A DNA stretch of 64,000 bases. It comes from Ignavibacteriota bacterium. Lineage in GTDB: Bacteria > Bacteroidota > Ignavibacteria > UBA10030 > UBA6906. Position 1 is the first letter of the stretch; every line of letters starts with the position of its first letter. Position numbers and translations under genes: made by a program. The stretch lies in assembly GCA_963702445.1 (NCBI GenBank), contig CAVPCZ010000023.1, positions 35,004 through 99,003 of the forward strand, given 5' to 3'. The notes beneath the pieces are model-generated. The model saw only the letters and a list, made by a program, of their open reading frames with translations. It had not been told where the DNA came from and searched no databases. Positions 40,220-49,279 of this stretch are shown in pieces.

Positions 40220-42061
40220 TTACTGCGCCGTCCAGTTGAGGCCGGCAAACACTGTTGCTCCCGGCATCGGATAGCCCGCCATTGTCTGGTACTGTGCTCC
40301 CAGGATGTTTTCCGCTGCAACATAGCAGGAGACTCTGTCAAATACCTGCACAGTGACTCTCGCGTTGAGAAGTGTGTAGTCCGGGAGAGGCGTTTTGCTG
40401 TAATCACTGCCGTAGAGTCCGGCGACATACTGGAGACCGAGGGTTGTTCGAAGCACCCCTGCCGCATATCCGCCCCCGACATAGAGCTTATGTCTGGGAT
40501 TCCCCATGGTCTGGTCGCCTGCGTCCAGGTACCCGTACGTGACATCGATGCGGTAATTCCCGGAGAGAGACGTGTTGCTGGAGACTTCAAAGCCCCGATG
40601 AACAAACGATCCGGAGTTGCTCAGTGTGAGTTTGGGGAACGCACCACCTACACGAATAATGTTGCTGCCTTCAGAGACAAATGCCGCTATATCCAGGGTG
40701 CTTGCTTCGGTGAAGTTGTGGAGAAGTCCGAACTCATAGTTCCAGAGTTGTTCGGGTTCAAGTGTCGGTGTTGGAGCGGGGAACAAATACAATTCCCGAA
40801 TGGTCGGACTCCGGAATCCCTTTCCGGCGCATGCACGAAGAGTGGTGCTCTGCGTGACGCGTGCGGAAAGCCCGAGTTGCGGGACGAATTCATTTCCATA
40901 GAGATTGTGGTGGTTCAGCCGCAGTCCCGCACTGGCGCTCAGCAGCTCAAGGAACTCCTGCTGGACCAGGATGTAGGCGCCGGTTTCATTGATGAAATGC
41001 TCTCCGAAGTCGACACCCGTTTTGATATTGCCGGCTTGACCCCCATAGCGTTTGTAATCAACGCCAACGGTGATCACATTATCCGGCACGAGCGTCAGCG
41101 CCTGATACAGGAGAACGCCGAGGTTATTGTCGGTGGAATGGAAGCCATCATAAATATCGTGCCTTCCAAAATTGAAGAACGCCTTTGCGGCGCCCCGGAG
41201 ATTGCCATGGCGGTTCTCGATGGCAAACCCCGAACTGCCGCGAAGAATATCCACCCAGTGGTCTTTCACCGGCGCCGCCTCCGTTCCCGGGTCGAACGTC
41301 TTGAAACCGGAGAGGGCTGCATCGGCGCTGACTGTGAAATGCTCGTCAAGTGCCGTCGTGCCTCGAAGGGAACCGTTGGTCTCCCGGAAATCTGCATACG
41401 CCCGATGGCCTTCCGTAGCATAGTGGCTGCCCGAAACGGCGACGCCCCCATCTTCAAAGCCGTACCCGGCACCTCCCTCGATCTTTCTCGTGTTGTAGGT
41501 CCCGTACGAAAGACCGGCATTCATACTGAGTGCTTCCGGCACCTGTTGTTGGGTGATGATGTTGATGACCCCTCCCATCGCATTCGTTCCGTGTAACAAC
41601 GATGCCGGTCCGCGGATGACTTCGACACGGTCAACACCTGCGCTGACGTATGTGTCCGGCAACGGGTGTCCCATCAGCCCCATCATCTGGGGTCGTCCGT
41701 TTGTCAGGACAAGAACTTCGGTATTTGGGCTTCCGCCCGTTCCCCGGATGGAAATGCTCCCGGCCGCTCCTGTTGAGACACCATATCCCAGGACTCCCCG
41801 TTCGGTAATGAACAGACCGGGTACAAGCCTGTTGATAAGCGGCAGCACGGAGGTTTCACCGCTTTGCATGATATCCTGTCTGCTCACAATGGAGACTGCA
41901 TTGGGGACGGTGTTCCGGAGGACTTCCAGGTTGGTGGCGGTAATAACCATGGTGGGAAGAGTGTATGTCCGCGCAGAGTCCGTGCTCTGCTGCGCCGCGG
42001 CCATGGAGTGCGCAAGCAGGAGGAACAGGGCATACGAAAGGCTAATGCGTATGCTGGTCAT
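40220..42061 (-). CDS. TonB-dependent outer-membrane receptor (BtuB/CirA-size, 613 aa), NikR-associated
   Basis: Signal peptide MTSIRISLSYALFLLLAHSMAAAQQ, TonB box/plug (TLPTMVITATNLEVL...VLPLINRLVPGLFITERG...ISIRGTGGSPNTEVLVLTNGRPQ), 22-strand barrel region with C-terminal ...GATVFAGLNWTAQ. Start overlaps nikR stop region. Confidence 0.85.
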   Translation of the reverse strand: MTSIRISLSYALFLLLAHSMAAAQQSTDSARTYTLPTMVITATNLEVLRNTVPNAVSIVSRQDIMQSGETSVLPLINRLVPGLFITERGVLGYGVSTGAAGSISIRGTGGSPNTEVLVLTNGRPQMMGLMGHPLPDTYVSAGVDRVEVIRGPASLLHGTNAMGGVINIITQQQVPEALSMNAGLSYGTYNTRKIEGGAGYGFEDGGVAVSGSHYATEGHRAYADFRETNGSLRGTTALDEHFTVSADAALSGFKTFDPGTEAAPVKDHWVDILRGSSGFAIENRHGNLRGAAKAFFNFGRHDIYDGFHSTDNNLGVLLYQALTLVPDNVITVGVDYKRYGGQAGNIKTGVDFGEHFINETGAYILVQQEFLELLSASAGLRLNHHNLYGNEFVPQLGLSARVTQSTTLRACAGKGFRSPTIRELYLFPAPTPTLEPEQLWNYEFGLLHNFTEASTLDIAAFVSEGSNIIRVGGAFPKLTLSNSGSFVHRGFEVSSNTSLSGNYRIDVTYGYLDAGDQTMGNPRHKLYVGGGYAAGVLRTTLGLQYVAGLYGSDYSKTPLPDYTLLNARVTVQVFDRVSCYVAAENILGAQYQTMAGYPMPGATVFAGLNWTAQ

Positions 42062-42500
42062 GATGATGATTCTCCTCGTGCATCGTGGACAGTTGAGTGA
42101 TCGAAGTGAACACCAGTCTGCTGTGCTTCACCCCCTTGAGGCCGGCAAGCGAAGCGCCCAGCTTCTGTAAATCGCCGGCTTTGCCCTTGAGCAGGATGAC
42201 TTCCAGGCAATTCTGGTGGTCGACGTGGACATGCATTGACGTGATGATGCTGGCAAAATGATCGTGCTGAATGGATGTCAGTCTGCTTTCCAGCTCACGC
42301 TTGTGGTGGTCATAGACGATGGAGAGGACGCCGAATACCGAGGCGTTCTTCTTCTGGATTTCTTCTTCCACCAGCCGTGCGCGGATCAGGTCACGGAAGG
42401 CTTCCGAGCGGTTGCGGTATCCGGTACCTTCGAGAAACGCATCAAAGCGATTCACGAGGTCGGTTTCAATTGAAACGCCGAAGCGTGTGAGGGGTTTCAT
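42042..42500 (-). CDS. nikR: nickel-responsive transcriptional regulator NikR (ribbon-helix-helix + ACT-like metal-binding domain)
   Basis: N-terminal RHH MKPLTRFGVSIETDLVNRFDAFLEGTGYRNRSEAFRDLIRARL. C-terminal domain with the NikR high-affinity Ni ligands (…HDHFASII…HVHVDHQNCLEVILLKG…). His-rich tail ENHHHDQHTH. Confidence 0.85.
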   Translation of the reverse strand: MKPLTRFGVSIETDLVNRFDAFLEGTGYRNRSEAFRDLIRARLVEEEIQKKNASVFGVLSIVYDHHKRELESRLTSIQHDHFASIITSMHVHVDHQNCLEVILLKGKAGDLQKLGASLAGLKGVKHSRLVFTSITQLSTMHEENHHHDQHTH

Positions 42501-42515
42501 GGCGTGCCATTCTTT

Positions 42516-42872
42516 TCACAAAAGTAACACGCCGGGACAACAAAAGCAAGGGCGAATCGCGGAGCTTGTACAGGGGAATGTCACTTCGACATTCTTCATA
42601 CCTTTGTATTCGATCCTGTCTTTGATGGTCCGCAGCCATGCAATATGGCTATAGAGTCCGTCAACGGACAGACCGACGAGCTTGCAGTTTGCGCGGGCAA
42701 ACTTGGATTCCAGGGTCGCGAAGGTCATGAATTCGGATGTGCAGACAGGGGTGAAGTCCGCAGGATGGCTGAAGAAGATCACCCAGCTCCCTGAATAGTC
42801 ATCCGGGAAGTTGATGTCTCCCTGTAGGCGTGAGTGGATGGGGAACTGCGTATGTGTGCGTTGTCTGCTCAG
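42516..42872 (-). pseudogene. peroxiredoxin (AhpC/TSA, Prx6-like) remnant: N-terminal ~100 aa only, no in-frame ATG, C-terminal half replaced by nikR operon
   Basis: Minus-strand frame reads ...QFPIHSRLQGDINFPDDYSGSWVIFFSHPADFTPVCTSEFMTFATLESKFARANCKLVGLSVDGLYSHIAWLRTIKDRIEYKGMKNVEVTFP then diverges (CTSSAIRPCFCCPGVLLL*) and stops 16 nt before the nikR start. The peroxidatic Cys motif FTPVCT is present but the protein is about half normal length. Confidence 0.6.
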
Positions 42873-42931
42873 ACTTCACATTGCATAGCCGGAATTGCAG
42901 GAGATCGAGATCAGCATCACGGCTTGTTGGC

Positions 42932-43324
42932 TCAGTATTCCTGTGGACAGCGGGGACAATGGAATTCTGCCGCCGCCGGGATCGGAACTTGCCATGCGCG
43001 TTGACAGCGGCGGCATCGAACTTGTCCTCTTCGGGCTGTAGTAACGGTCCCACCTTCTATCTGAAGTGCTTTTCCGTTCAGGAGAGCGTCGGCGACGGTT
43101 TTGTGCGCGTGCTCGAGAATCCTTCCAAACGTGGGCCGCGAGACATTCATCTTGGCCGCGGCATGCTCGTGTTGATCCCCGTCAAGGTCAGCAAGACGAA
43201 TCGCCTCCAATTCATCCAGTGAAAGGACAACGCTCTCAAGGTGCGACCGGGGGATTCCCTGGGGCTTGAAGAGAATCACTTCTGGTGGGGTGCCGATGAA
43301 CCGCTGTTTATGTGGTCGTGCCAT
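42932..43324 (-). CDS. DUF134/UPF0251-family predicted DNA-binding protein with extra C-terminal Cys4 zinc-ribbon
   Basis: N-terminus MARPHKQRFIGTPPEVILFKPQGIP matches the DUF134 signature (MPRPRK.R.I...P....FKP.G). Sigma-70 region-4-like HTH (LSLDELEAIRLADLDGDQHEHAAAKMNVSRPTFGRIL). C-terminal CRRCQRAW...CPRCPQ. Confidence 0.6.
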   Translation of the reverse strand: MARPHKQRFIGTPPEVILFKPQGIPRSHLESVVLSLDELEAIRLADLDGDQHEHAAAKMNVSRPTFGRILEHAHKTVADALLNGKALQIEGGTVTTARRGQVRCRRCQRAWQVPIPAAAEFHCPRCPQEY

Positions 43325-43622
43325 GAGAGTATTTTGAGCGTATGCTTGTAACTAATATCGAAAAGCCCGGAGACAATGTCATGCATGCACCGGAGACCTG
43401 AGTGATTGCTGCCTCGCTCCGGACTCCATTCCCCGGCATCCGTCCGCTCCCTTCCGACATTATTGCATTGCTGTGCTCTGAAGATCGCACGTCTGACCAG
43501 GATCAATTCCAGAAAGAAAGGGAAGTCGCGGATCAATGTGGATGCTTCTGGGTCGACGAAATGTCATCGATGCCGGGCAGACGCCCTTCCTCCTCTTGAT
43601 CCGACCCTGCCTTTAACGTAAC

Positions 43623-46600
43623 TTGTTTCGGCGTCTCGCCCGGTCATTGATCTGTTCGATGTCCGACAACACCATCAACTCCAGGATTTCATATACTCTG
43701 CCGATTCCCATGATTCCACCGGAAAAATTCAGCCGACTAAAATCGCAGCTCGAAGGCGATTTATATACCGACAACGTGCAGCGCGTATTGTACTCCACCG
43801 ATGCCTCGCAGTACAAGGAGATGCCGCTGGCGGTAGCCCGTCCGAAAAGCAAGGAGGATATAAAGCGCATCATCGCTTTCGCGCGCGACAACGGCACGTC
43901 GGTTATTCCGCGTGGTGCGGGAACCTCGCTGGCAGGACAGGTTGTCGGATCCGGAATCGTGGTGGATATTTCGAAATACATGAACCGCATCCTCGAATGC
44001 AATGCTGCGGAACGATGGGTGATTGTTGAACCCGGGGTTGTACTGGCTGAGCTCAATCTGTTCCTGGCAGCGCACGGGTTGCAGTTCGGTCCCGAAACGT
44101 CAACCGCCAACCGCTGTGTGCTCGGCGGGATGGTGGGGAACAACGCATGCGGGTTGCATTCGCTGGTGTATGGCAGTGTGCGCGAGCATATTCTTGAAAT
44201 TGACGCCGTTCTCTCCGACGGATCGGAAGCAACCTTCGGCCCCCTCACCAGAGCTGAATTCCAGGAAAAACTCCACAACAACCCGCGAAAGCTGGAGAAA
44301 GCCATTTACGAAGGGATTTTCGAAATCCTGTCACCCGTTGAAAACCAGAAGGAGATCCGCGACCATTTTCCCGACCCGCGGGTAACCCGCCGCAATATGG
44401 GGTACGCCATCGATGTTCTGCTGGATTCGGAACTGTTCACCGAAGGGGGCGGGGCGTTCAATTTCTGCAAACTGCTTGCCGGGTCGGAAGGAACGCTGGC
44501 ATTCTCCCATCGTCTTAAACTGAATGTGATTCCGCTGCCCCCCGGGCACAAAGGGCTGGTCTGCGCGCATTTTGAAACGCTGGAAGAGTCGCTGCGCGGG
44601 AATCTTGTGGCGCTGAAACACAAGCCCACCGCCATTGAGCTGATGGACGACACTATCCTGCAATGCACCAAGGAGAACATAGAACAGAACAGGAACCGCT
44701 TCTTTGTGAAGGGCGATCCGGGCGCGCTGCTCCTGATTGAGTTCTCATTTGAAACGGAGACAGAACTGACCGATACCGCGGCCGCACTGGAAAGAGATTT
44801 CCGCACTGCAGGGTTGGGATACCACTTCCCGCTCATCACCGGCCCCGACAACATCAAACGGGTGTGGGCGCTGCGTACCGCCGGACTGGGTCTGCTTTCG
44901 AACGTGCCCGGCGACCGGAAAGGTGTGCCCGGCATCGAGGACACCGCCGTGGCTCCGGAATATCTGCCCGAGTATGTGGCCGAGTTCAAGGGAATACTCG
45001 AACGACTCGGACTGACAAGCATTTACTACGCCCACATTGCCACCGGTGAAATTCACTTTCGCCCGCTCATCAATTTCCGAGACCCGGCCGACGTGAGGCT
45101 GTTTGACACGTTGATGAACGAAATGGCAGGACTGGTGAAGAAATACCGCGGCTCGATGAGCGGCGAGCATGGCGATGGCCGCGTGCGCGGAAGGCTCATT
45201 CCGTTTATGCTCGGCGAACGCAATTATCAACTGATACGTACGGTAAAGAGGACGTGGGATCCCGGCAATATCTTCAACCCCGGGAAAATTGTGGACACCC
45301 CACCCATTACCGAGAGTCTGCGGGTCATCCCGGGCAAGGCCATTCCCGAATTCAGAACAGAGTTGGATTTTTCGCGTTACCATGGGTATTTCCGCAGCAT
45401 CGAAAAATGCAACGGCTCGGGCGACTGCCGAAAAGGCACCGTGATTGGCGGAACCATGTGCCCCACGTTCATGGCCACCCGCGACGAGGACAAATCGACA
45501 CGCGGCCGTGCGAATGTCTTGCGCGAGTTCCTGTGGAGCCATGAAGCGGAACAACCCTTCGGACAGCAGGAGATCTACGATATTCTTGATTTGTGCATCT
45601 CGTGCAAAGCCTGCAAGGCCGAGTGCCCCTCGAATGTGGATATGGCCAAACTGAAGGCCGAATTCCTGCAGCAGTACTACGACATTCACGGCGTCCCGCT
45701 GCGGTCGAAGCTGGTGGCATACCTGCCCCGGCTGAACCGTCTGGCCGCGTTGATGAGGCCCATATCAAATGCCGTGATGGACACTGCATTGCTGAAGAGC
45801 GCATTGGGTTTTTCGACAAAACGCAGTATTCCGGGGCTTTCGAAAACCACGCTCAGCCGCTGGACCGGCAACGGAATCCCGCTCCCCAAGGGGGTAGCAC
45901 AGGGGAAAGTGTACCTGTTCAACGACGAGTTCACCAACTACAACGAAAGCGACATCGGCATCAAAACCATATTGCTGCTTACGAAGCTGGGGTACGAAGT
46001 GAGCATACCGGCACACAGGGAGAGCGGCCGCACGTTCCTGTCGAAAGGGCTGGTACGAACCGCCAAGCGAATCGCCACAGAAAACGTCCGTCTATTGATG
46101 GACAGAGTTACGGCAGCAACGCCGTTGATAGGTATCGAACCTTCGGCTATCCTGGCGTTCCGCGACGAATATCCCGAGCTCGTCGATGCCGCGCTGCGGC
46201 CGGCGGCCACGCAATTGGCCGGCAATGCGTTGCTCGTCGAAGAATTCATTGCCGGTGAAATCGACAAGGGAAAGATCACTGCGGAGCAATTCACCACCGA
46301 AGCAAGACAGATCCTTTTGCACGGACACTGCCAGCAGAAGGCGGTTGCCTCAACCGAACCGACCAGGAAGATGCTCTCGTTGCCAAAGAACTACTCGGTA
46401 CGAGAGATCCCGTCGGGTTGCTGTGGCATGGCCGGTTCTTTTGGCTACGAGGAAGAGCATTTCGATTTGTCGATGAAGATCGGCGAGATGGTTCTGTTCC
46501 CCGCGGTTCGTGCTGCCGGACAGGAGGTGGTGATTTCGGCACCGGGGACATCGTGCCGCCACCAGATACGAGACGGCACAGGAAGGGTGGCCAAACATCC

Positions 46601-46631
46601 GGTGGAAGTGATGTATGAGAGCTTGCGCTAG
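43623..46631 (+). CDS. YdiJ-like fusion oxidoreductase: FAD-binding PCMH-type 2-hydroxyacid dehydrogenase domain (GlcD-like) fused to Fe-S CCG-domain oxidoreductase (GlcF-like); candidate D-2-hydroxyglutarate/D-lactate dehydrogenase
   Basis: 1002-aa intact ORF. FAD-binding domain (VIPRGAGTSLAGQVVG...), FAD-oxidase C-terminal domain, then two 4Fe-4S ferredoxin-type Cys clusters (CNGSGDCRKGTVIGGTMCP; CISCKACKAECP) and CCG-type repeats (…GHCQQK…, …PSGCCGMAGSFGYEEEHFDLS…, …APGTSCRHQIRD…). Same architecture and length as E. coli YdiJ (from memory). Alternative start ATG at 43659. Confidence 0.85.
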   Translation: MFRRLARSLICSMSDNTINSRISYTLPIPMIPPEKFSRLKSQLEGDLYTDNVQRVLYSTDASQYKEMPLAVARPKSKEDIKRIIAFARDNGTSVIPRGAGTSLAGQVVGSGIVVDISKYMNRILECNAAERWVIVEPGVVLAELNLFLAAHGLQFGPETSTANRCVLGGMVGNNACGLHSLVYGSVREHILEIDAVLSDGSEATFGPLTRAEFQEKLHNNPRKLEKAIYEGIFEILSPVENQKEIRDHFPDPRVTRRNMGYAIDVLLDSELFTEGGGAFNFCKLLAGSEGTLAFSHRLKLNVIPLPPGHKGLVCAHFETLEESLRGNLVALKHKPTAIELMDDTILQCTKENIEQNRNRFFVKGDPGALLLIEFSFETETELTDTAAALERDFRTAGLGYHFPLITGPDNIKRVWALRTAGLGLLSNVPGDRKGVPGIEDTAVAPEYLPEYVAEFKGILERLGLTSIYYAHIATGEIHFRPLINFRDPADVRLFDTLMNEMAGLVKKYRGSMSGEHGDGRVRGRLIPFMLGERNYQLIRTVKRTWDPGNIFNPGKIVDTPPITESLRVIPGKAIPEFRTELDFSRYHGYFRSIEKCNGSGDCRKGTVIGGTMCPTFMATRDEDKSTRGRANVLREFLWSHEAEQPFGQQEIYDILDLCISCKACKAECPSNVDMAKLKAEFLQQYYDIHGVPLRSKLVAYLPRLNRLAALMRPISNAVMDTALLKSALGFSTKRSIPGLSKTTLSRWTGNGIPLPKGVAQGKVYLFNDEFTNYNESDIGIKTILLLTKLGYEVSIPAHRESGRTFLSKGLVRTAKRIATENVRLLMDRVTAATPLIGIEPSAILAFRDEYPELVDAALRPAATQLAGNALLVEEFIAGEIDKGKITAEQFTTEARQILLHGHCQQKAVASTEPTRKMLSLPKNYSVREIPSGCCGMAGSFGYEEEHFDLSMKIGEMVLFPAVRAAGQEVVISAPGTSCRHQIRDGTGRVAKHPVEVMYESLR

Positions 46632-46769
46632 GTGCGATGTACATCCCCCGCGATGGCGACTGCCCTCCACCCGACTGCCCTCCATCCGCCCGGTTGACTT
46701 GATCCCGATAATGGTGTAGATTCCATTGAAGGTTCTTTGTTGGCTCAAATGAAGGGCAGGGTACCATCC

Positions 46770-47258
46770 ATGAAAACATGGCCGATTGCATTGACCATCG
46801 TCTGCTGGGCACTGGCGGGTTGTGCGTCGTCGGAAAACTTTTTCTCCACAAACTTCCAGGTCAATCGCCCGATGTTTGCCAGCGTGGGAGGGTCGATGAT
46901 CGAATGGGAAGAGGGAGTAAGAAGCAAGTCCGGCAAGGAGGTCACCCAGGCACGCCGGTACGAATTGCTCTACTCCGGCCTCCAGGGGCGGACGTTGAGC
47001 ATAACGTACCGGGAGTACTCCACGGGTGAACCGAGCGCACTCTCACGGCCTGCGTTCAGTCAGGAGCTGAAGTATGAACTCGCCCAGGAGGGGAAGACCA
47101 TTGTCACCTTCAGAGAGGTCCGGATAGAGGTTTCGGAAGCGACGAACGAGAGGATTGGTTTCATGGTTACTCACGGGCCTGCGGGAATGCGGGTGACGAA
47201 CGAGCAGGTCATCATCCAGAAGGATGAGCAGACTCCGGCAGAGGCCTATCCGAAATAG
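46770..47258 (+). CDS. lipoprotein of unknown function
   Basis: MKTWPIALTIVCWALAGCASS: signal peptide with lipobox LAGC. About 160 aa. Followed 13 nt later by the T9SS-substrate gene (likely operon). Confidence 0.6.
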   Translation: MKTWPIALTIVCWALAGCASSENFFSTNFQVNRPMFASVGGSMIEWEEGVRSKSGKEVTQARRYELLYSGLQGRTLSITYREYSTGEPSALSRPAFSQELKYELAQEGKTIVTFREVRIEVSEATNERIGFMVTHGPAGMRVTNEQVIIQKDEQTPAEAYPK

Positions 47259-47271
47259 AAAAGGAGGCTTT

Positions 47272-48198
47272 ATGAAGTCCGCTCTTGCGTGGATGGCCAT
47301 TTCGTTGATCCTCGGTTCTCCAGCGTTTGCCCAGTACTCCGATTCCATTTTCTACGGCAACCAGAAGGTTGTCCTCTCCAATCCCTATGGCTGGGGGTAC
47401 ATCGCCGGAACGAACGAGTACGGGGATCGCGCAAAATTCCAGCGGTTTGAGGCGTTCGAGACTCCCTACCTTGTCGCCGCGCGAGTATTTTTCGGCCTCA
47501 AACGCATCGTGAATTCTTCGGATACACTCACCATTACCGTCCGGGATGCCGGAGTGGACGGTCCGGGTGGAATACTCAGTTCGGTGCGCCTGACTACCAA
47601 CCTGCTCGATACGACCGGCCGCGGGAATCTCGTGACCTTCCCTCACCCCGCTCAATTCAAGGGAGAAGTGTTCACCGCAGATTCTCTCTTTATAGGAGTG
47701 GAATGGGCGGAGGCAATCGATGATACATTCGCTATTTTCGCCGACTCAAACGGTTACGGCGATAAGGCCCGGCGCGTATGGGAACTGATCAACTACAACA
47801 GCGTTTGGACGATGTGGCCCTGGCTCACCTCGCCCGACCCGAGTTTCGAATGGAATGTCGATTCTGATCTCTGGATCAAGGCCTATCTTTCAAATTCACC
47901 AACCGGTGTCCATTCCGGCGACGAAATCCTCCCGGTAGCATATTCCCTGGACCAGAACTACCCTAACCCATTCAACCCGGGTACCACGATACGCTACCGC
48001 CTCCCGCAGCAGGAGTTCGTCACTCTCATGATACATAACGCCCTGGGGGAGATGGTGACTGAATTGGTGAGGGAGGTTCAGGATGCAGGTTCTCATGAAG
48101 TGCGTTTCGACGGCTCCGGTTTGCCCTCCGGTGTGTACTGGTACAGCTTCCGGGCGGGGACGTTCCTGCAGGCGAAGAAGCTCCTCCTGTTGCGATGA
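47272..48198 (+). CDS. secreted protein with T9SS (Por) C-terminal sorting domain
   Basis: SD AAAGGAGG 7 nt before ATG 47272. Signal peptide MKSALAWMAISLILGSPAFAQ. C-terminal ~90 aa ([85 protein letters not shown]) is a canonical T9SS CTD, a paralog of the CTD at 7484..7883. Confidence 0.75.
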   Translation: MKSALAWMAISLILGSPAFAQYSDSIFYGNQKVVLSNPYGWGYIAGTNEYGDRAKFQRFEAFETPYLVAARVFFGLKRIVNSSDTLTITVRDAGVDGPGGILSSVRLTTNLLDTTGRGNLVTFPHPAQFKGEVFTADSLFIGVEWAEAIDDTFAIFADSNGYGDKARRVWELINYNSVWTMWPWLTSPDPSFEWNVDSDLWIKAYLSNSPTGVHSGDEILPVAYSLDQNYPNPFNPGTTIRYRLPQQEFVTLMIHNALGEMVTELVREVQDAGSHEVRFDGSGLPSGVYWYSFRAGTFLQAKKLLLLR

Positions 48199-48207
48199 GC
48201 GCCGGCG

Positions 48208-49164
48208 TCACCGGACACCCTCTCCCCCGATCCCTCTCCTCGCCAGCTGACGTTTCAGCTCCGCGAGGATGCTTCGCGTGAGTTCGACGTTGTCGGGCCG
48301 CACATGCCGGGAGGGGAGCCACGTGATCGACTTCGGCTCCCCGGCGGCATTGTAGAGCATTTCCACATTCCGCCGGGGCACCTGCTCGTCCTCTGTTCCG
48401 TTGATCATGATCAACGGCGTGGGCGAAACCCTCCCGATATAGCGCATGGGCTCCATCGGATGCAGCAGCATGCCCCCGAGTGCCCCGACAAACTGGCTGA
48501 TCCCTTCACTTTCGTACCGCCGGACGTTGTGCGTGATGAGCGAGCGCAGATCTCCGCCACCGTACACCATTGCAGCCACTGCAGGGCGGCGGTCATGGGC
48601 GATGAGGCAGGGGACGAACGGTGCTCCGAAACTGTACCCCAGTAGCACGATCTTCGCAGAGTCGACATCGCCACGGGTGAGAAGATAATCCATCACGAGC
48701 ATGACCGATGGGACCATATCGAAAAGGGCGTTCCGGATTGCGGGGAGATCTTCGATGAAATTCGTGATCGTGTAGGTGTCGCGGGGAGTGTACGGATAAT
48801 CGACGGCGACAATGATCACACCGGTCACGTCGAGCGCATAGTCGACCGCATGCTTGCCGGTGGCCTTTCCTCCCAGGAGAATGATCGCAGGACGCTTGTG
48901 TCCGTCATCCGGAGGCGTCAGCATCCCGCACTCGACGACAAACCCCTCCACGCTCTTCACTGTCAACCATGACTTCTCGAGGCCGGCATTTTGTGAAACC
49001 GCGCTGACCGTTGCCCCGGCGAAGGTTCCCCGTCTTTCCTGAAAATAGTCTGCGTAGTCACGGTCATAGAACATCCATCCTGCGATCAGCACGGTCACCA
49101 GCATGGTGACGGCCCAGGGCAAACTCCGCCTGAAGAATCCCTTTTTGATCCCTGCGCTGCTCAT
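48208..49164 (-). CDS. alpha/beta-hydrolase (dienelactone hydrolase / S9-peptidase-like) with N-terminal membrane anchor
   Basis: From ATG 49164: MSSAGIKKGFFRRSLPWAVTMLVTVLIAGW (TM anchor), nucleophile elbow LLGYSFGAP (GxSxG), downstream Asp/His region. ORF-track 49251 start is an upstream extension. Confidence 0.7.
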   Translation of the reverse strand: MSSAGIKKGFFRRSLPWAVTMLVTVLIAGWMFYDRDYADYFQERRGTFAGATVSAVSQNAGLEKSWLTVKSVEGFVVECGMLTPPDDGHKRPAIILLGGKATGKHAVDYALDVTGVIIVAVDYPYTPRDTYTITNFIEDLPAIRNALFDMVPSVMLVMDYLLTRGDVDSAKIVLLGYSFGAPFVPCLIAHDRRPAVAAMVYGGGDLRSLITHNVRRYESEGISQFVGALGGMLLHPMEPMRYIGRVSPTPLIMINGTEDEQVPRRNVEMLYNAAGEPKSITWLPSRHVRPDNVELTRSILAELKRQLARRGIGGEGVR

Positions 49165-49279
49165 AGGTCTTCTGCCATGAACTGTTCGCATGCGACGCCG
49201 GCTCGTGAAATGCAGGAAACGCGTGTTTGACACGGCATGTCCATGCGGCAAGACCGATAGTCTGCATTGCCCCGGAGTA

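Noticed and set aside
46658-46684. 12-nt direct repeat GACTGCCCTCCA x2 just downstream of the YdiJ-like gene
   Set aside because: Only two copies, no flanking inverted repeats or coding consequence; probably chance or a minor slippage duplication.
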